Part shown: in pieces, positions 15,245 through 26,245 of the stretch
Position numbering within the stretch: position 1 is the first letter of the stretch
Layout of the letters: every line of letters starts with the position of its first letter
From: a virus
Length of the DNA: 64,000 nt
Reading direction: 5' to 3' (one strand)
Virus record (IMG/VR): IMGVR_UViG_3300017987_000070
Span: 1-64,000 of that record
Program-made: the position numbers and the translations under genes
Notes under the pieces: generated by a model
Databases searched by the model: none
What the model saw: only the letters and a program-made list of their open reading frames with translations
What the model was told of the DNA's origin: nothing

Positions 15245-18200
15245 GCTTCATGGCCGACGAAGAATTTGATTTTCTGCTGCATGTGGACGACAACATTGGC
15301 GATACGCTCCTGCGGCTCGGCAACTTGTCCAAGGGTCTAGACCAAGCCAAGAAAGAGCTTGAAGGTCTGGCCACGGTCAGCAAGAAAAACAAGAAGGCGT
15401 TCACCGACCTTGAGTTGGGCGTCGCGAACCTTGTGGACGTGTCGACGGAAGCCGTCAAGGCCGCACACTATGGTCACACCTTCAAAGACGCCGCAAAGGA
15501 CGTGGAGGGTCTGGTAGGGAAAGTCAAGGATCTCCGAGCCGTTCATGCGGAAGCACTTGACGCTCAAACCAAAGGGCAGGAAGAACTCGCCAAGCAGAAG
15601 ACTGCCGAGTACAAAGAACGCTTCAAGATGATCAGTCAAGAGAAGAAGGCGGTTCTTGACTCTATGTCCGCTCAGTCGAAGAAGCTCAAGAAGATCTTCG
15701 TCGACGACAAGAAGAAGCTCGACGAGTTCGCGGATAAGAAGCTCCCCGACACTTTGGGGAAGGGTATCGGCAACGCCATCAAGTCGGCTCTGGGAGGAGA
15801 CCTCCAGGGTGTCATAGGAGGTCTGGGTCAAAGCGCGGGCGGTCTTGGTCAGTTAGGTGCGGGGCGAATCCGTAACAAAAGTCAACAGCGAGCGTTGCGC
15901 CGTCAAATGGCGGGCAAGGGTAAAGGAGGAATCCCAGGAGGCGGCAAAGCGATGGCGGCTCTGGGCAAGTTCGCCAAGGTCTTGGGGCCTCTTGCAATCG
16001 CGGTCGGAGGTCTGGGTGCCATCGTCAAGCTCCTCATGGATGCGGAAGCTCAAACCAAGGAACTCAACTCTGAGTTACTAAACCAAGTTCCCTATTACAC
16101 CCTCGCACAAGACGGGTTTGAAGGCGCGAACGATCGCCTCTCTCAGATGCGAGAGGTGGCTACGGATTTCTCTCGTAACATGCGCCTGGGTATGGACCCC
16201 AAGATGCACTATGAGGTCATCGGGGCTCTCCAAGAGCACAACGCGAACCTCATGACACTCGAAGAGGGGTACGCGGACTTCGGCGCTATGGCCGCTGATG
16301 TCATTGAGACCGTGCGTCAGACCTCTCTGAACATGGGAACCTCTTTGTCTGAGACCGCAGGCTTTGTGGCCGAACTCAGGGACATTCACGGGCAGTCTAT
16401 GGATGTGATCAAGTCCGACTTGCAGTTGATGGTCACGCTCTCCCGAGAGGCAGGCATCTCCACCAAGAAGTTCTTCGGTACGATCGCTCAGTTGTCGGGG
16501 CAGATGGGCCTCTACAACTTCAAGCTCGAAGAGGCCGCAGGCTTGCTCACTCAAATGAACAAGATCATGGACTCCAAGTCCGCTGAGGCGTTCACCACTC
16601 AGATGGTCACGGGGCTCAAGGAGCAGAACGCACAGGAGCGTTTGAAGACTATCATTTTGGCAGGGCAGGGGAAGGTCACCAAGATGCTTAGAGAGACCTC
16701 TCAAGACATGCTCACCGACATCGTGAAGGTGGACAAGGGGTTTGGGGGAATCAATGCTCAGCTTGCCGCTATGGGTTATGAGGGGGTGACCAATGCCAAG
16801 GAACTTGGAAAACGACTCAAAGAACTCAGGAAGGATGGAGAGTACCAAGAACTGATGTTCCGGGTCAACAGGAATGTGAGCGAAGAGGCGGGTCGTCAGT
16901 TGTCTATGGCGGGTAAGATGGCTCAAGACGTGGAAAAGGGGGGTCTTCGTCTTGTAGACGCTTTGGGTAACCTTGGCGCGATGGACAATGTAGAAGTTCA
17001 GATTGAGATGCTGGAGAACATCTTCGGCCCTATCGAAGATATCCCTGTCATCATGGCAGAGCAGCTCGGGTTTAGTGAAGCGCAACTCAAGCAAATGCAG
17101 AGGTTTTCGGAGATTTCGCAAGGTCAAGCCGACCTACTGTTCGATCAGCTCAAGAGAGTCGACGCTTCGGATGAGGACCAACGTAAAGACTTCAACGCCT
17201 TCGCAAAGCAAATGGGGATCAACGCCAAGCTTCAGGAGGACGGAACACTCATTAACGCCGAGACCAAGCAAATCATCAAAGATGAGTACGACGTCACGCG
17301 CGCCATGACCTCAGAGGCTAAAGATAGAGCCAAGAAGAGCGCCAAGTCGCAGAAGAGCGCTGCGGAAAAGCAGATAGACGCGACCCGTAAAGTCTCCGAC
17401 ATCCTCCAGCTCCTCGTGTATCAAGCTCTGAATTCTATCTCGTTTGCAGTGGAAGGTATTTACGGATTCATGCGCAAGGTCTTCGGTAAGTCCGAGAGCA
17501 AAAGTGAACAAATGGCGCGCGGAGTACGCAATCGTCAAGCCGAGATCAGAAACTTGAGATCCCGACGTATGCAATCTACCGACCCTCTTGAAAAGGCAAG
17601 GCTCTCCGAGGAGATCAGTCGGAAAGAGGCGGATCTCAAGCCCCTGGAAGGAAAGCTTGCTATGCAGCGTCGCATGGACGCCGAGATGGCACTTGCTAAA
17701 AGTGAAGGGCGCTCTCAACAGGGTTATCAAGAGTACCGGAAGTTCCTAGAAGGCGGCGGCGACATGACGTTCAAAGACTTTCAGGGCCTCAAGTCAAAGT
17801 CTGTATCTCAGGCTCAAGAGTCTCTCGACTTCCGTAAGAGAAAGTATAACTCCCTTCTAGACCCCAACGTCTACGTCGACCCAGAAGGTAAGAACCTTAC
17901 GGGGACACAGGTCGCCAAAAAGACAAATGAAAAAGCTTCGGAGATCTTTGAGGAAGAGCTTAGCGCTCATAAAACCATTTCAGAAGAAGGTAATGCCATT
18001 CAATCCGAGATTAGAGATAAGATCTCAGAGGGGATGTATACCCAAGCCCAGAAGGCCGTTATCACCAATGATATCCTGAAGAACCGTGGTATCAACATTA
18101 ACACTGAAGCTGCAAAGAAGTTCCGAGACGCTCAGGTGGAGGCCCTTCAGATCGCGGAGATGACCAAGCGTCTAGGCGGAGCGTTCGGAGGCTCCGCAGG

Positions 18201-18642
18201 CAGGGTGGCTCGTATGATGGTTGAATCTGGTATGACTGCCGGGGATAAGGATGTGTCATCTTTGCTCGGGGCGGACCTTAGTTCTGCACAGAAAGAAGCT
18301 CTCAAGTCGGAGAGGGCCTACGACTCCAAGCTGTTAAAACAGCAATTTGAGGGAGTTAAGAAGAGGCTCCTCCCCGCTCAGGACGCCAAGATCCTCTCGG
18401 GAGGATTTGCACCCCTGGCGTTCTCGCCCGGCGATCTGGTGATCAAGGAGAGCGCCATCGCCCGTACCCAGAGAGGAGGTCCCGGTTCCATGCTCAAGGC
18501 TCTCGGTGGAGCTGCCGGAGGTGGTGGCGGTGGAGGTACGGTCAACTTCAACGTGACCGTGAACAACCCGCAGCAAGGCGACGTGCAGGAAGAGATTCTT
18601 CGCGCCTACGAGATGATCAAACGTAAAGAGATGGGAGGCTGA
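15241..18642 (+). CDS. Tape measure protein
   Basis: ~1130 aa, helical and A/G/K/Q-rich with a hydrophobic LAIAVGGLGAIV segment and C-terminal GGGG-TVNFNVTVN. Sits between the chaperones and baseplate. Start could be ATG 15250. Confidence 0.8.
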   Translation: MSFMADEEFDFLLHVDDNIGDTLLRLGNLSKGLDQAKKELEGLATVSKKNKKAFTDLELGVANLVDVSTEAVKAAHYGHTFKDAAKDVEGLVGKVKDLRAVHAEALDAQTKGQEELAKQKTAEYKERFKMISQEKKAVLDSMSAQSKKLKKIFVDDKKKLDEFADKKLPDTLGKGIGNAIKSALGGDLQGVIGGLGQSAGGLGQLGAGRIRNKSQQRALRRQMAGKGKGGIPGGGKAMAALGKFAKVLGPLAIAVGGLGAIVKLLMDAEAQTKELNSELLNQVPYYTLAQDGFEGANDRLSQMREVATDFSRNMRLGMDPKMHYEVIGALQEHNANLMTLEEGYADFGAMAADVIETVRQTSLNMGTSLSETAGFVAELRDIHGQSMDVIKSDLQLMVTLSREAGISTKKFFGTIAQLSGQMGLYNFKLEEAAGLLTQMNKIMDSKSAEAFTTQMVTGLKEQNAQERLKTIILAGQGKVTKMLRETSQDMLTDIVKVDKGFGGINAQLAAMGYEGVTNAKELGKRLKELRKDGEYQELMFRVNRNVSEEAGRQLSMAGKMAQDVEKGGLRLVDALGNLGAMDNVEVQIEMLENIFGPIEDIPVIMAEQLGFSEAQLKQMQRFSEISQGQADLLFDQLKRVDASDEDQRKDFNAFAKQMGINAKLQEDGTLINAETKQIIKDEYDVTRAMTSEAKDRAKKSAKSQKSAAEKQIDATRKVSDILQLLVYQALNSISFAVEGIYGFMRKVFGKSESKSEQMARGVRNRQAEIRNLRSRRMQSTDPLEKARLSEEISRKEADLKPLEGKLAMQRRMDAEMALAKSEGRSQQGYQEYRKFLEGGGDMTFKDFQGLKSKSVSQAQESLDFRKRKYNSLLDPNVYVDPEGKNLTGTQVAKKTNEKASEIFEEELSAHKTISEEGNAIQSEIRDKISEGMYTQAQKAVITNDILKNRGININTEAAKKFRDAQVEALQIAEMTKRLGGAFGGSAGRVARMMVESGMTAGDKDVSSLLGADLSSAQKEALKSERAYDSKLLKQQFEGVKKRLLPAQDAKILSGGFAPLAFSPGDLVIKESAIARTQRGGPGSMLKALGGAAGGGGGGGTVNFNVTVNNPQQGDVQEEILRAYEMIKRKEMGG

Positions 18643-18645
18643 TCC

Positions 18646-19197
18646 ATGCCACAACCAACGACCAACTATGCTCAAATCCCGAGCGCCTTTTCGGGGGCAG
18701 ACGATCCCCGGTACGTCCCCATGCTCTTCCAAGTGGTGTCCCCAGACCTCACCACGCTCTTGCTTCCCGAGTTCCTATATCTCCACGTCAACCCGTCGAG
18801 CCTGGACCTCGGGTACTCCAAGGTCATCACGAGGATACAGACGCTTGGGGGCTTTGTCGAGCAACACTTTGGAGATCAACTCACGACCGTGAGCGCCTCT
18901 ATGGTGACGGGAGGGTTCATTTCGGTGGAGAGAGGTCTCACTACCTTCGACCGTCGAAACACGATCGCGTACCGCAAGTTCCAGCAGCTCTTGAGCGTGT
19001 TCAAGTCCAACGGCTCGGTCTACGACGATAGGGGAGTTGTCCAGTTCAACGGACGCATCCGAATCGTCTTTGGAGGGGGAACCTATGACGGCTACTTCAC
19101 CAACTTCGAGGTGAGTGAGAGCGCTGAAAAGCCGTTCATGTTCGACCTCTCGTTCAGCTTCAAGGCCACCAAGGAAGCGCGCTCACTACTATTCTGA
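18646..19197 (+). CDS. Baseplate/tail-tube initiator protein (gp48/gp54-like)
   Basis: LHVNPSSL...TLGGFVEQHFG...YDGYFTNFEVSESAEKPFMFDLSFSF. Follows the tape measure. Confidence 0.6.
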   Translation: MPQPTTNYAQIPSAFSGADDPRYVPMLFQVVSPDLTTLLLPEFLYLHVNPSSLDLGYSKVITRIQTLGGFVEQHFGDQLTTVSASMVTGGFISVERGLTTFDRRNTIAYRKFQQLLSVFKSNGSVYDDRGVVQFNGRIRIVFGGGTYDGYFTNFEVSESAEKPFMFDLSFSFKATKEARSLLF

Positions 19198-19206
19198 GGA
19201 GCCCTC

Positions 19207-20634
19207 ATGACCATCGTGCAAGTCGATCCGCGCATCAGGGCCTTCCTGAACGAAGACGAGTCAATCAACAACTTTCAGCGGGATCAGATCCGTAAGACAT
19301 TCCAGACCACGATCACAGAGCTGTTCGAGTACGGCGCCTTGGAGTTCGGTCAGGGCTACGACCTCAAGCTGACACCCACCACGTTCCAGGCGGTTCGTCC
19401 TACCAAGAGACCCCTGATCCCTATGGTGATCTCCCTCATTCCCCCGGATGAGTTCCCCTCGGGAGAGTTCCGTACCACACGGGTACCTTCTCCCCAAGAC
19501 GTCCCTCTTCGTCTGGTCCGCACGACCCGGAACGGGGGCGCGCAAACCGGAAGGCAGGTCAACGTCGAGACCGTGCGTGAGATAGCAAGCATCGTGCCTG
19601 ACCAAAACGGCTTCCTCGTGACCGCCGTACCGTTCACCACGACGCTGAGCTTCAGCTTTCGAACAGACGTCAACACGCTCGCTCAAGCTCGAATCCCGGT
19701 TCAGTTCACCTCATCGAACCCTGAAGTCTTGGAGGTAGACGAAGCCGGTGTCGTGACCGTCAACGAGATTCCCCTCCAGGGGGAGTCGGTTACGATCTCC
19801 GGGTTCACGCAAGAGGGTCAGCCTCTCAACGCGACCGTACTGTTCACCGCCAGTCCTATCTTCACGCCTGAGCAAGCTCCACCCCCTACTCCCATCGAGG
19901 AAGTGAGCGACAACGCCATAGAGACTCGTGTGGCGGTCAACGCAGACACGTTGGGAACGGAGTTTCTGGAGTCTCAGGAGCAACGGTACCGGACTCTCTT
20001 GACTCAGGGTCAGCGTAGTGACGTGGAACTCGAAGACAACTTGGAAGTCATCACCGAACGTAGGCAGCGGATCGTAGACATCTTCGCAGAAGAGTCACAG
20101 AGCATCCAACAGCAACGCACGATCGGAGCCAACGAGGACTTCATTCGTCGTCAAGTGCAAGTGTTCAAGGCTCTCCCTCCTCTGGTGATGTATATCAACC
20201 CTGAGAGCTTCTCAGTATCGTACTCTCATATGGTCTCGGACGGAAACCGTGGCCGTGATGGTTATATCATAGAACACTGGGGTCTAGAGCAACCTACCAT
20301 CAGCGCGTCCGGTAAGATCGGTGCCGCGTACATCTCTACGGTAGGCACGAACGGTCAAGCCGCAGGTGGTCTTACGAGAAAGCTCCGCCGAGGGTCGGCT
20401 GCGTACCAGAAGTTCATGTCGCTCTACCAGAGCTACCGGAACAACTCCTACATCTACAACAACGATGGTCGTATCGCCCTGATGGGATCTGTCAAGATCT
20501 TTTACGGGGAGAAGGTCTATACAGGAACCTTCGACTCATTCTCTATCAACGAGACTGAGGATAGCCCCTTCTCTCTTCAGTACAGCTTCGACTTCACCGT
20601 TCGTTTTGAAGACCACATCTTTGAGGATACATGA
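19207..20634 (+). CDS. Tube initiator paralog with inserted Ig-like (Big_2-type) domain
   Basis: C-terminal MYINPESF...GYIIEHWG...YTGTFDSFSINETEDSPFSLQYSFDF is paralogous to the previous gene. FTSSNPEVLEVDEAGVVT is an Ig-like group 2 motif. Confidence 0.6.
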   Translation: MTIVQVDPRIRAFLNEDESINNFQRDQIRKTFQTTITELFEYGALEFGQGYDLKLTPTTFQAVRPTKRPLIPMVISLIPPDEFPSGEFRTTRVPSPQDVPLRLVRTTRNGGAQTGRQVNVETVREIASIVPDQNGFLVTAVPFTTTLSFSFRTDVNTLAQARIPVQFTSSNPEVLEVDEAGVVTVNEIPLQGESVTISGFTQEGQPLNATVLFTASPIFTPEQAPPPTPIEEVSDNAIETRVAVNADTLGTEFLESQEQRYRTLLTQGQRSDVELEDNLEVITERRQRIVDIFAEESQSIQQQRTIGANEDFIRRQVQVFKALPPLVMYINPESFSVSYSHMVSDGNRGRDGYIIEHWGLEQPTISASGKIGAAYISTVGTNGQAAGGLTRKLRRGSAAYQKFMSLYQSYRNNSYIYNNDGRIALMGSVKIFYGEKVYTGTFDSFSINETEDSPFSLQYSFDFTVRFEDHIFEDT

Positions 20635-23600
20635 TGCCCTATCGAGGTACATACGAGGACAACAAACGTCCCGTCATCGCGACGGCACCCGACTGTCTGG
20701 TCTTCCTCAACGGTCAGTTGGCGCTCCCCTCGGGAGGCAACCCAACCAAGAAGGTGAACATCCAACCTTATGTGACGGGCGTGAGCTGCACCCTGGGTAT
20801 CGAGAACTCTCCCGGCAACGCCTCGGTATCCTTGCATATCCCGCGCCATGCCACGGATGACTTCTTTCGTGGAGGTCAGTTGATCCTCACGACCATGATG
20901 GAAGTGCGTATCTACATCAAGGGACACTTCCTCGTGGGAGGTGCCCCACGCTACTACCCCGCTTTCTGGGGAGTCGTCACCTCAGTCAACCATCAGTGGT
21001 CCGGGGGAGAGCGTACCGTGGACCTCGCGTGTCAGGACATCCTGTATTGGTGGACGATTCAACGTATCAACATCAACCCGTCTTATCAAGGTGCAAAGAC
21101 GACGACTCAGAGCAAGTTCAACGTCAAGGGCTCAGGTGTCTTCACGGGCAACAACCCTTACGACGTCATTTACTCGCTCTCTCGCTATGCCTACGGTGAT
21201 GCGGTCAACGCAAACATCTTCCTCCGAGGACGTCAGCAGCGAACCGAGCCCAATCAGCAAGAGAATCTTCAGCTCATGGCCTACTGGACTCGTCAGTGGG
21301 GCAGAATCGCTTATGCGTTGAGGATGTATGGCCCCAACGGAGAGATTATCCAGGGCAACACGCTCGCGGCCCTCTTGAGCAAGGAGAACCGTCAGGCAGC
21401 TTTCCTTGGGCGCTCAGGAACCACCGCAAGGAACCGCTCCCAGAAAGCAGGTGGGTTCAAGCAGTTAGACGTTGATCTCACCAAGATTTCTGCGTTCTCA
21501 GAGGTCGCATCACGTATCGGTTCGTTCGATTTGTTCACCTCCGAGTTCCAGACCAAGAAGGAGATCGCGGACACCGCCAAGACCGCCATCGGCTACGAAC
21601 TCTTCATGGATGTCACCGGCGAGATCGTCTTCAAGCCTCCCTTCTACAACTTGGATGTGATCCCCAACAAGCCGGTTTCTTGGATTCGCCCTATCGACAT
21701 CATCTCCGAGTCTTACGCAGAGAACCCTCCTGATGTGACGTTCCTCGAAGGCACAGGTAACGCGGTTCGTAACCTTCAGATTGGTGAAGCCGAGGTGGTC
21801 AAGCCTCGCGCTACCTACGTGGACTACAGGCTCGTAGCCAAGTATGGGTGGAAGCCGGGATCGTACAACTCGGAGTTCTTTGGTGCAGGTCTGGGTGTCA
21901 ATGCCTCAAGGAACCTCTTCTTTCACCTCGTCGACGAACTGGACCGCCAGAACGCTCGTGTCCACACCAGTCAGATCACGATCCCCATCCGCCCCGAGCT
22001 TCGGCTTGGCTACCCCGTGTATGTCGAGTCTCAGGACGCGTACTACTACGTGGAGGGTATCTCTCACAACTTCTCCTTTGCGGGCAACTGCACGACGTCC
22101 CTCACGCTCATGGCGCGCCGTACCAAGTTCTATGCTGCGTTCCCGTTTTGGAACCGGACCCTCAACACGGAAGGGCAGGAGCGTGATCAGTCTCAGTTGA
22201 ATAGCGTGCCAGGAGACAACCCGGAGGCTCAGGCTTCCCCTGGAGAGACCACGAACCCCAACCTGTACCCCACGAACCTGTACGCGCGCCCTATCGACCC
22301 TCTCTCGGGTAACCCCGTTGGGGATCGCAACGTCATCCTCACACCGGAACCTCCCACGAACTCCGATGATGAGCAGAGCACGACGGGACCTGCCATTGAT
22401 AGCTTCGATGAAATTGAGTCAGAATCCGAGGCGGCGTTGCGAGACCTCGTGAGCTTCAGGACACAGTTCCGAATCTTCGGGAACTTCGACTACGTGTACC
22501 AGATCGATCCCAACCGGGACAACGTGATTGACGCGGAGAACGCACCTTTGCAGAGCCTCTCTCTCACGAAGGTCAACGGGCGAAACCTCGCCCGCTTCCC
22601 GGTCTCGGATGAGCGTGGCTACGAGGTCGTGGGAGGATACCTCTACGGCAGGAACGTCAAGCTCACTCGCTCGGGCTTCGACTTCTCTAGACAAGGAGAT
22701 CGTCGCAGCAAGGCTCTCCTTGGGCTAGCACCTGACCAACCCGGCAAGGCGTCTAGCCAGACGAGCATGGACCCTCTCTTCATGACACCTCAAGCCGCCA
22801 ACGAGGAGTTCTCGACTCGAAAGGACAACGTGGTTCAGATCGATCCGAACAATTATGGCCGCCGTCTATTCGAGATCGCCCCTCAGACGTCGGGGATTGG
22901 GTCTGTGGCGTTCGCCCGTGGTATCCTTCCCTCTCTGGCAAAGGGCGTTAACTCACCTTCGTCCCCGTCTGGAAAGTACGCAGGAGTGCCTCAGTTCACA
23001 GGAACCACCGAGAGGTCATTCAGGAAGTCCTCTGCTGTGTCGAGGTGGCTACCCGCAATCAACCGCGCGCGTCAAGCCGTTGGTGTATCCGCTGAACAGT
23101 ATCCTGATGATGTGATCCTCGCTTTCATCGCCGTCGAGTCCAATGGACGATCGAACGCGCGCCGTACTACAGAGAGCGGTCAGCCCTCTCAGTTCAACGG
23201 ACTCTTGCAGATTGGTGTGGACAACGCTGCTTTCCTGGGTAGAACCAACACGGAGTTCCTTGGTACTGAGAGCTTTGATGAGGCAGCGGGGCAGGATGCC
23301 ATCGAGCACTTTCTTCGCGTTCAAGAGCGGTCCAAAGATATCCATGATTATGACCCGGACCGCCTCGCGATTGCATGGAAGGGAGGGCAGGGGACTACCA
23401 AGACGTTCAACCGGCTGCAATCTGAAGGCGCTACTGAGGAAGAACTCATCGCGTTTTTGGACAAGAGATGGGGCACCGATGGGTATGTAGAGGAGTTCCG
23501 TAGGGCTCGCTCCGTATGGCTTGACCCCGACTCTCAGGTCGTCGAGGTGCCTGAAGAGGAACTGGAAGAGTTGCCTGTCAACACGTTTGGTAACCCTCCA

Positions 23601-24074
23601 GAGGATGGTGATGTCGAGGCAACCCGAGCCTCGAACGTGCTCTTCGCTCGTGAGTTGCAGGCCAACCAAGAACAGGGTATCGACGCGTTGCCTTCTCTCT
23701 TCAGGCCAGTACGTGACCCCGAGATTCTGGACCAGATCAACACCTTCTTGCAGGATATATACCAGCAAGCCTTCGAGAGCGAGAAAGAGGTCGAGGCACG
23801 CCTCAGAGGACTCACACGTCGTCGCCCTCGCGTGAACACGCTCTCTCAAGTCCCTGTGCAGAATCCTCAGCCCGTGGATTCAAGGATCGTGGACACGCCG
23901 ATCAGTCGTAGCGAGGTCCAAGAGGGCCTGGAGGCTGGAGAATCTCTGGGTGAGATCTTCTCTCAAGAGGGTAGATGGGGGCAGGTGGAGAGCCAGTGGA
24001 CACGGGCGAAGGCTGAGTTCAACCGCGCGGGTGAGGCGATCAACCCCGGTGATGATGATGGAGACGACACATGA
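20631..24074 (+). CDS. Baseplate hub (gp27/gpD-like) protein with C-terminal lytic transglycosylase domain
   Basis: Hub motifs ELFMDVTGEIVFKPPFY, IPIRPELRLGYP and YYVEGISHNF. SLT motifs IAVESNG, NGLLQIG and IAWKGG. Confidence 0.75.
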   Translation: MMPYRGTYEDNKRPVIATAPDCLVFLNGQLALPSGGNPTKKVNIQPYVTGVSCTLGIENSPGNASVSLHIPRHATDDFFRGGQLILTTMMEVRIYIKGHFLVGGAPRYYPAFWGVVTSVNHQWSGGERTVDLACQDILYWWTIQRININPSYQGAKTTTQSKFNVKGSGVFTGNNPYDVIYSLSRYAYGDAVNANIFLRGRQQRTEPNQQENLQLMAYWTRQWGRIAYALRMYGPNGEIIQGNTLAALLSKENRQAAFLGRSGTTARNRSQKAGGFKQLDVDLTKISAFSEVASRIGSFDLFTSEFQTKKEIADTAKTAIGYELFMDVTGEIVFKPPFYNLDVIPNKPVSWIRPIDIISESYAENPPDVTFLEGTGNAVRNLQIGEAEVVKPRATYVDYRLVAKYGWKPGSYNSEFFGAGLGVNASRNLFFHLVDELDRQNARVHTSQITIPIRPELRLGYPVYVESQDAYYYVEGISHNFSFAGNCTTSLTLMARRTKFYAAFPFWNRTLNTEGQERDQSQLNSVPGDNPEAQASPGETTNPNLYPTNLYARPIDPLSGNPVGDRNVILTPEPPTNSDDEQSTTGPAIDSFDEIESESEAALRDLVSFRTQFRIFGNFDYVYQIDPNRDNVIDAENAPLQSLSLTKVNGRNLARFPVSDERGYEVVGGYLYGRNVKLTRSGFDFSRQGDRRSKALLGLAPDQPGKASSQTSMDPLFMTPQAANEEFSTRKDNVVQIDPNNYGRRLFEIAPQTSGIGSVAFARGILPSLAKGVNSPSSPSGKYAGVPQFTGTTERSFRKSSAVSRWLPAINRARQAVGVSAEQYPDDVILAFIAVESNGRSNARRTTESGQPSQFNGLLQIGVDNAAFLGRTNTEFLGTESFDEAAGQDAIEHFLRVQERSKDIHDYDPDRLAIAWKGGQGTTKTFNRLQSEGATEEELIAFLDKRWGTDGYVEEFRRARSVWLDPDSQVVEVPEEELEELPVNTFGNPPEDGDVEATRASNVLFARELQANQEQGIDALPSLFRPVRDPEILDQINTFLQDIYQQAFESEKEVEARLRGLTRRRPRVNTLSQVPVQNPQPVDSRIVDTPISRSEVQEGLEAGESLGEIFSQEGRWGQVESQWTRAKAEFNRAGEAINPGDDDGDDT

Positions 24075-26221
24075 CCTACAGTAAGAAGTTCGGCCCCATC
24101 ATTGGGACACCAAGCGAGAGCATCGCGAGCGCCAAGATGTACGGGCGCACGAACGAGATGAGGTACGCGCTTCGTTTGGCAGAGGTCATCCGTGTAGACT
24201 ATGAGCGCATGACGTGCGACCTCGCTTACATCCAGGGCGATTCTCCCAACGCCGAGGAGGTGCCCATCTCCGCCGCGTACTGGAGCCGTAGAGGCTTTCT
24301 GGGAGCGATGCCGGAGGTTGGAGCAGTAGCCGTGCTCGGGTTCTCTGCGTCGCATCAGAACCGCCACACGCGCCCTTTCATCGTAGGGTTCATCCCCAAC
24401 GGCGTCAAGACCGCGTTGAACTTCGACCCCCTGGGTCCAATCCCCCGTGACGCCGAAGGGCTCAACCTCCCTCAAGACAAGGTAGTCCAAGAGCTTGCAG
24501 GCTTCTATGGTCCCACGCGCTACAAGATGCGCAAGATCTATCCGGGCGACATCCTCGCTATGAGCCGTCAAGGTGCCGAGATGCTCTTGAACTCGTCTGT
24601 GAGCCTCTTCGATCGTTCGGGCATGGAACTCTTGCTCAGGAGCGACGATGGGGCTCTCGTGAGGACCTCTCTTGAAGAGATCGCAGCTACTTCGGCGGGG
24701 AGGAGCATGTTCGGGCGCGTCGTGCGAAACGCCTTGAACGTTCCAACGGACTTTCTGGTCGAAGGATCGTTCCCCGAGGACAACCCGTTGTTTGAAGACC
24801 TCGTGCAAGCGGGTCTCATCTTCGAAGACGGGACACTCGTACCCGACATCAACGGGCTCCCCAGCGTCGTGCTACCCGACGGAAGGCGTCATTCTGTAGT
24901 TACCCGCGACGGGGTGGACTTCAATCAAGCTCGCGCCGAGGCATTCACAGAGCGTCGCCTTGAACTCTATGAGACCTCGGACGGGCTCATGCCTTCCAAC
25001 CCTGCACATGGGTTTGACCCGGACTACATAGGACCAGATCCTCTCCCCGCTCCCTTCATTACGTCGGTTGACGGTACGATCGTAGGGAACGACCCCTACT
25101 CGGCAGAAGGGAGATCCTTGTACGGGAGGCTGTTACGTCCAGCTCTGTTCTCCACGCCCAATGACTCAGTAGGCGTGCCACGTCTCGAAGCCGTAGAGAA
25201 CACTGAAGAGGGCACCGAACAATCTCTGGCCGCTGCCAAGCTCTACCGTATGCGCCGCCCTGACGACCTCGGGGAACTCTTCTACGCGCACGACAAAGAG
25301 GGTCACGTCTTCTTCTCGGTCCCTGCGTCCACGTCGAAGGGCTCGAACCTTGGAGCCGGTCGATCCGTAGAAGGCGAACTCAAGGGCAGCGCCAAGTTGG
25401 TCATGGGAGCCAACCGCCGCGACAACGAGTCACTTGACCTCCGAACTCAGGGTGGTCTCAAGTGGAACCTGGGGACGCTCAACCGAACCAAGAGATCCCT
25501 GGATGTGAGAGCCGAAGGAGGCTTGAGCTTCGAGGTTCGTAGGAGTGATGCCAACGGGGACGGGGCACGGTTCATCATCTCGGGGAACTACCAACTGGCG
25601 GTGGATGGAGGCATTGGCATCATCGCTTCCAATGGAGATCACCTCGAAGAAACCTCGGGCAAGCGTGAGATCAAAGCCGAGAGCATGGCGGTTCAAGTCG
25701 GCTCGGGAGACCTGAACCAGAACGTGCTCTCCAACGTGAATGTCTCTGTTCAAGGTGAGCAAACGTCAAGCTTCGGTCAGGGGACGAGCACCACGATCGT
25801 CTCAGGTGGAGAGAGCACCGACATCTTGCTCGGGAATTCGGACCTCACGTTCTCGGCACCGGCTCAGAGGAACATCACGTTCCAGTCGGCGGGTACGCAT
25901 CGTATCTCCGCGACCGGGGCCTTGACCGTAGAGAGGAGTGCGATGGGCACGGGTACCTATTCGTTCAATGCTCCTATGGGCTCGTACACGGTGGGTTTGG
26001 GTTCGGGAAGTATTTCACTCAACGCGGGTGCAGGTAACGTGAACATCACGCCTGGAGCGGTTCGTCTTGCTGCACCTGCCATCTCCCTCACGGGATCGGT
26101 GGCTTTGGGCAATGCACAAGCCGTAAACGCGGTCGTAGGAGGCGTTCCGGGTCCAAGTCCTCATATTGATTTTGTAACTGGTCTACCATTGACGGGTAAC
26201 CCCATCGTTCGGACTCTTTGA
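24071..26221 (+). CDS. Baseplate central spike (gp5/VgrG-like OB-fold + beta-helix)
   Basis: N-terminal LAEVIRVDYERMTCDL...GAMPEVGAVAVLGF OB-fold pattern. C-terminal G/S/T/V-rich beta-strand repeats. Confidence 0.7.
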   Translation: MTYSKKFGPIIGTPSESIASAKMYGRTNEMRYALRLAEVIRVDYERMTCDLAYIQGDSPNAEEVPISAAYWSRRGFLGAMPEVGAVAVLGFSASHQNRHTRPFIVGFIPNGVKTALNFDPLGPIPRDAEGLNLPQDKVVQELAGFYGPTRYKMRKIYPGDILAMSRQGAEMLLNSSVSLFDRSGMELLLRSDDGALVRTSLEEIAATSAGRSMFGRVVRNALNVPTDFLVEGSFPEDNPLFEDLVQAGLIFEDGTLVPDINGLPSVVLPDGRRHSVVTRDGVDFNQARAEAFTERRLELYETSDGLMPSNPAHGFDPDYIGPDPLPAPFITSVDGTIVGNDPYSAEGRSLYGRLLRPALFSTPNDSVGVPRLEAVENTEEGTEQSLAAAKLYRMRRPDDLGELFYAHDKEGHVFFSVPASTSKGSNLGAGRSVEGELKGSAKLVMGANRRDNESLDLRTQGGLKWNLGTLNRTKRSLDVRAEGGLSFEVRRSDANGDGARFIISGNYQLAVDGGIGIIASNGDHLEETSGKREIKAESMAVQVGSGDLNQNVLSNVNVSVQGEQTSSFGQGTSTTIVSGGESTDILLGNSDLTFSAPAQRNITFQSAGTHRISATGALTVERSAMGTGTYSFNAPMGSYTVGLGSGSISLNAGAGNVNITPGAVRLAAPAISLTGSVALGNAQAVNAVVGGVPGPSPHIDFVTGLPLTGNPIVRTL

Positions 26222-26245
26222 TCTGACCCTCTACAGGTGCTTCAC

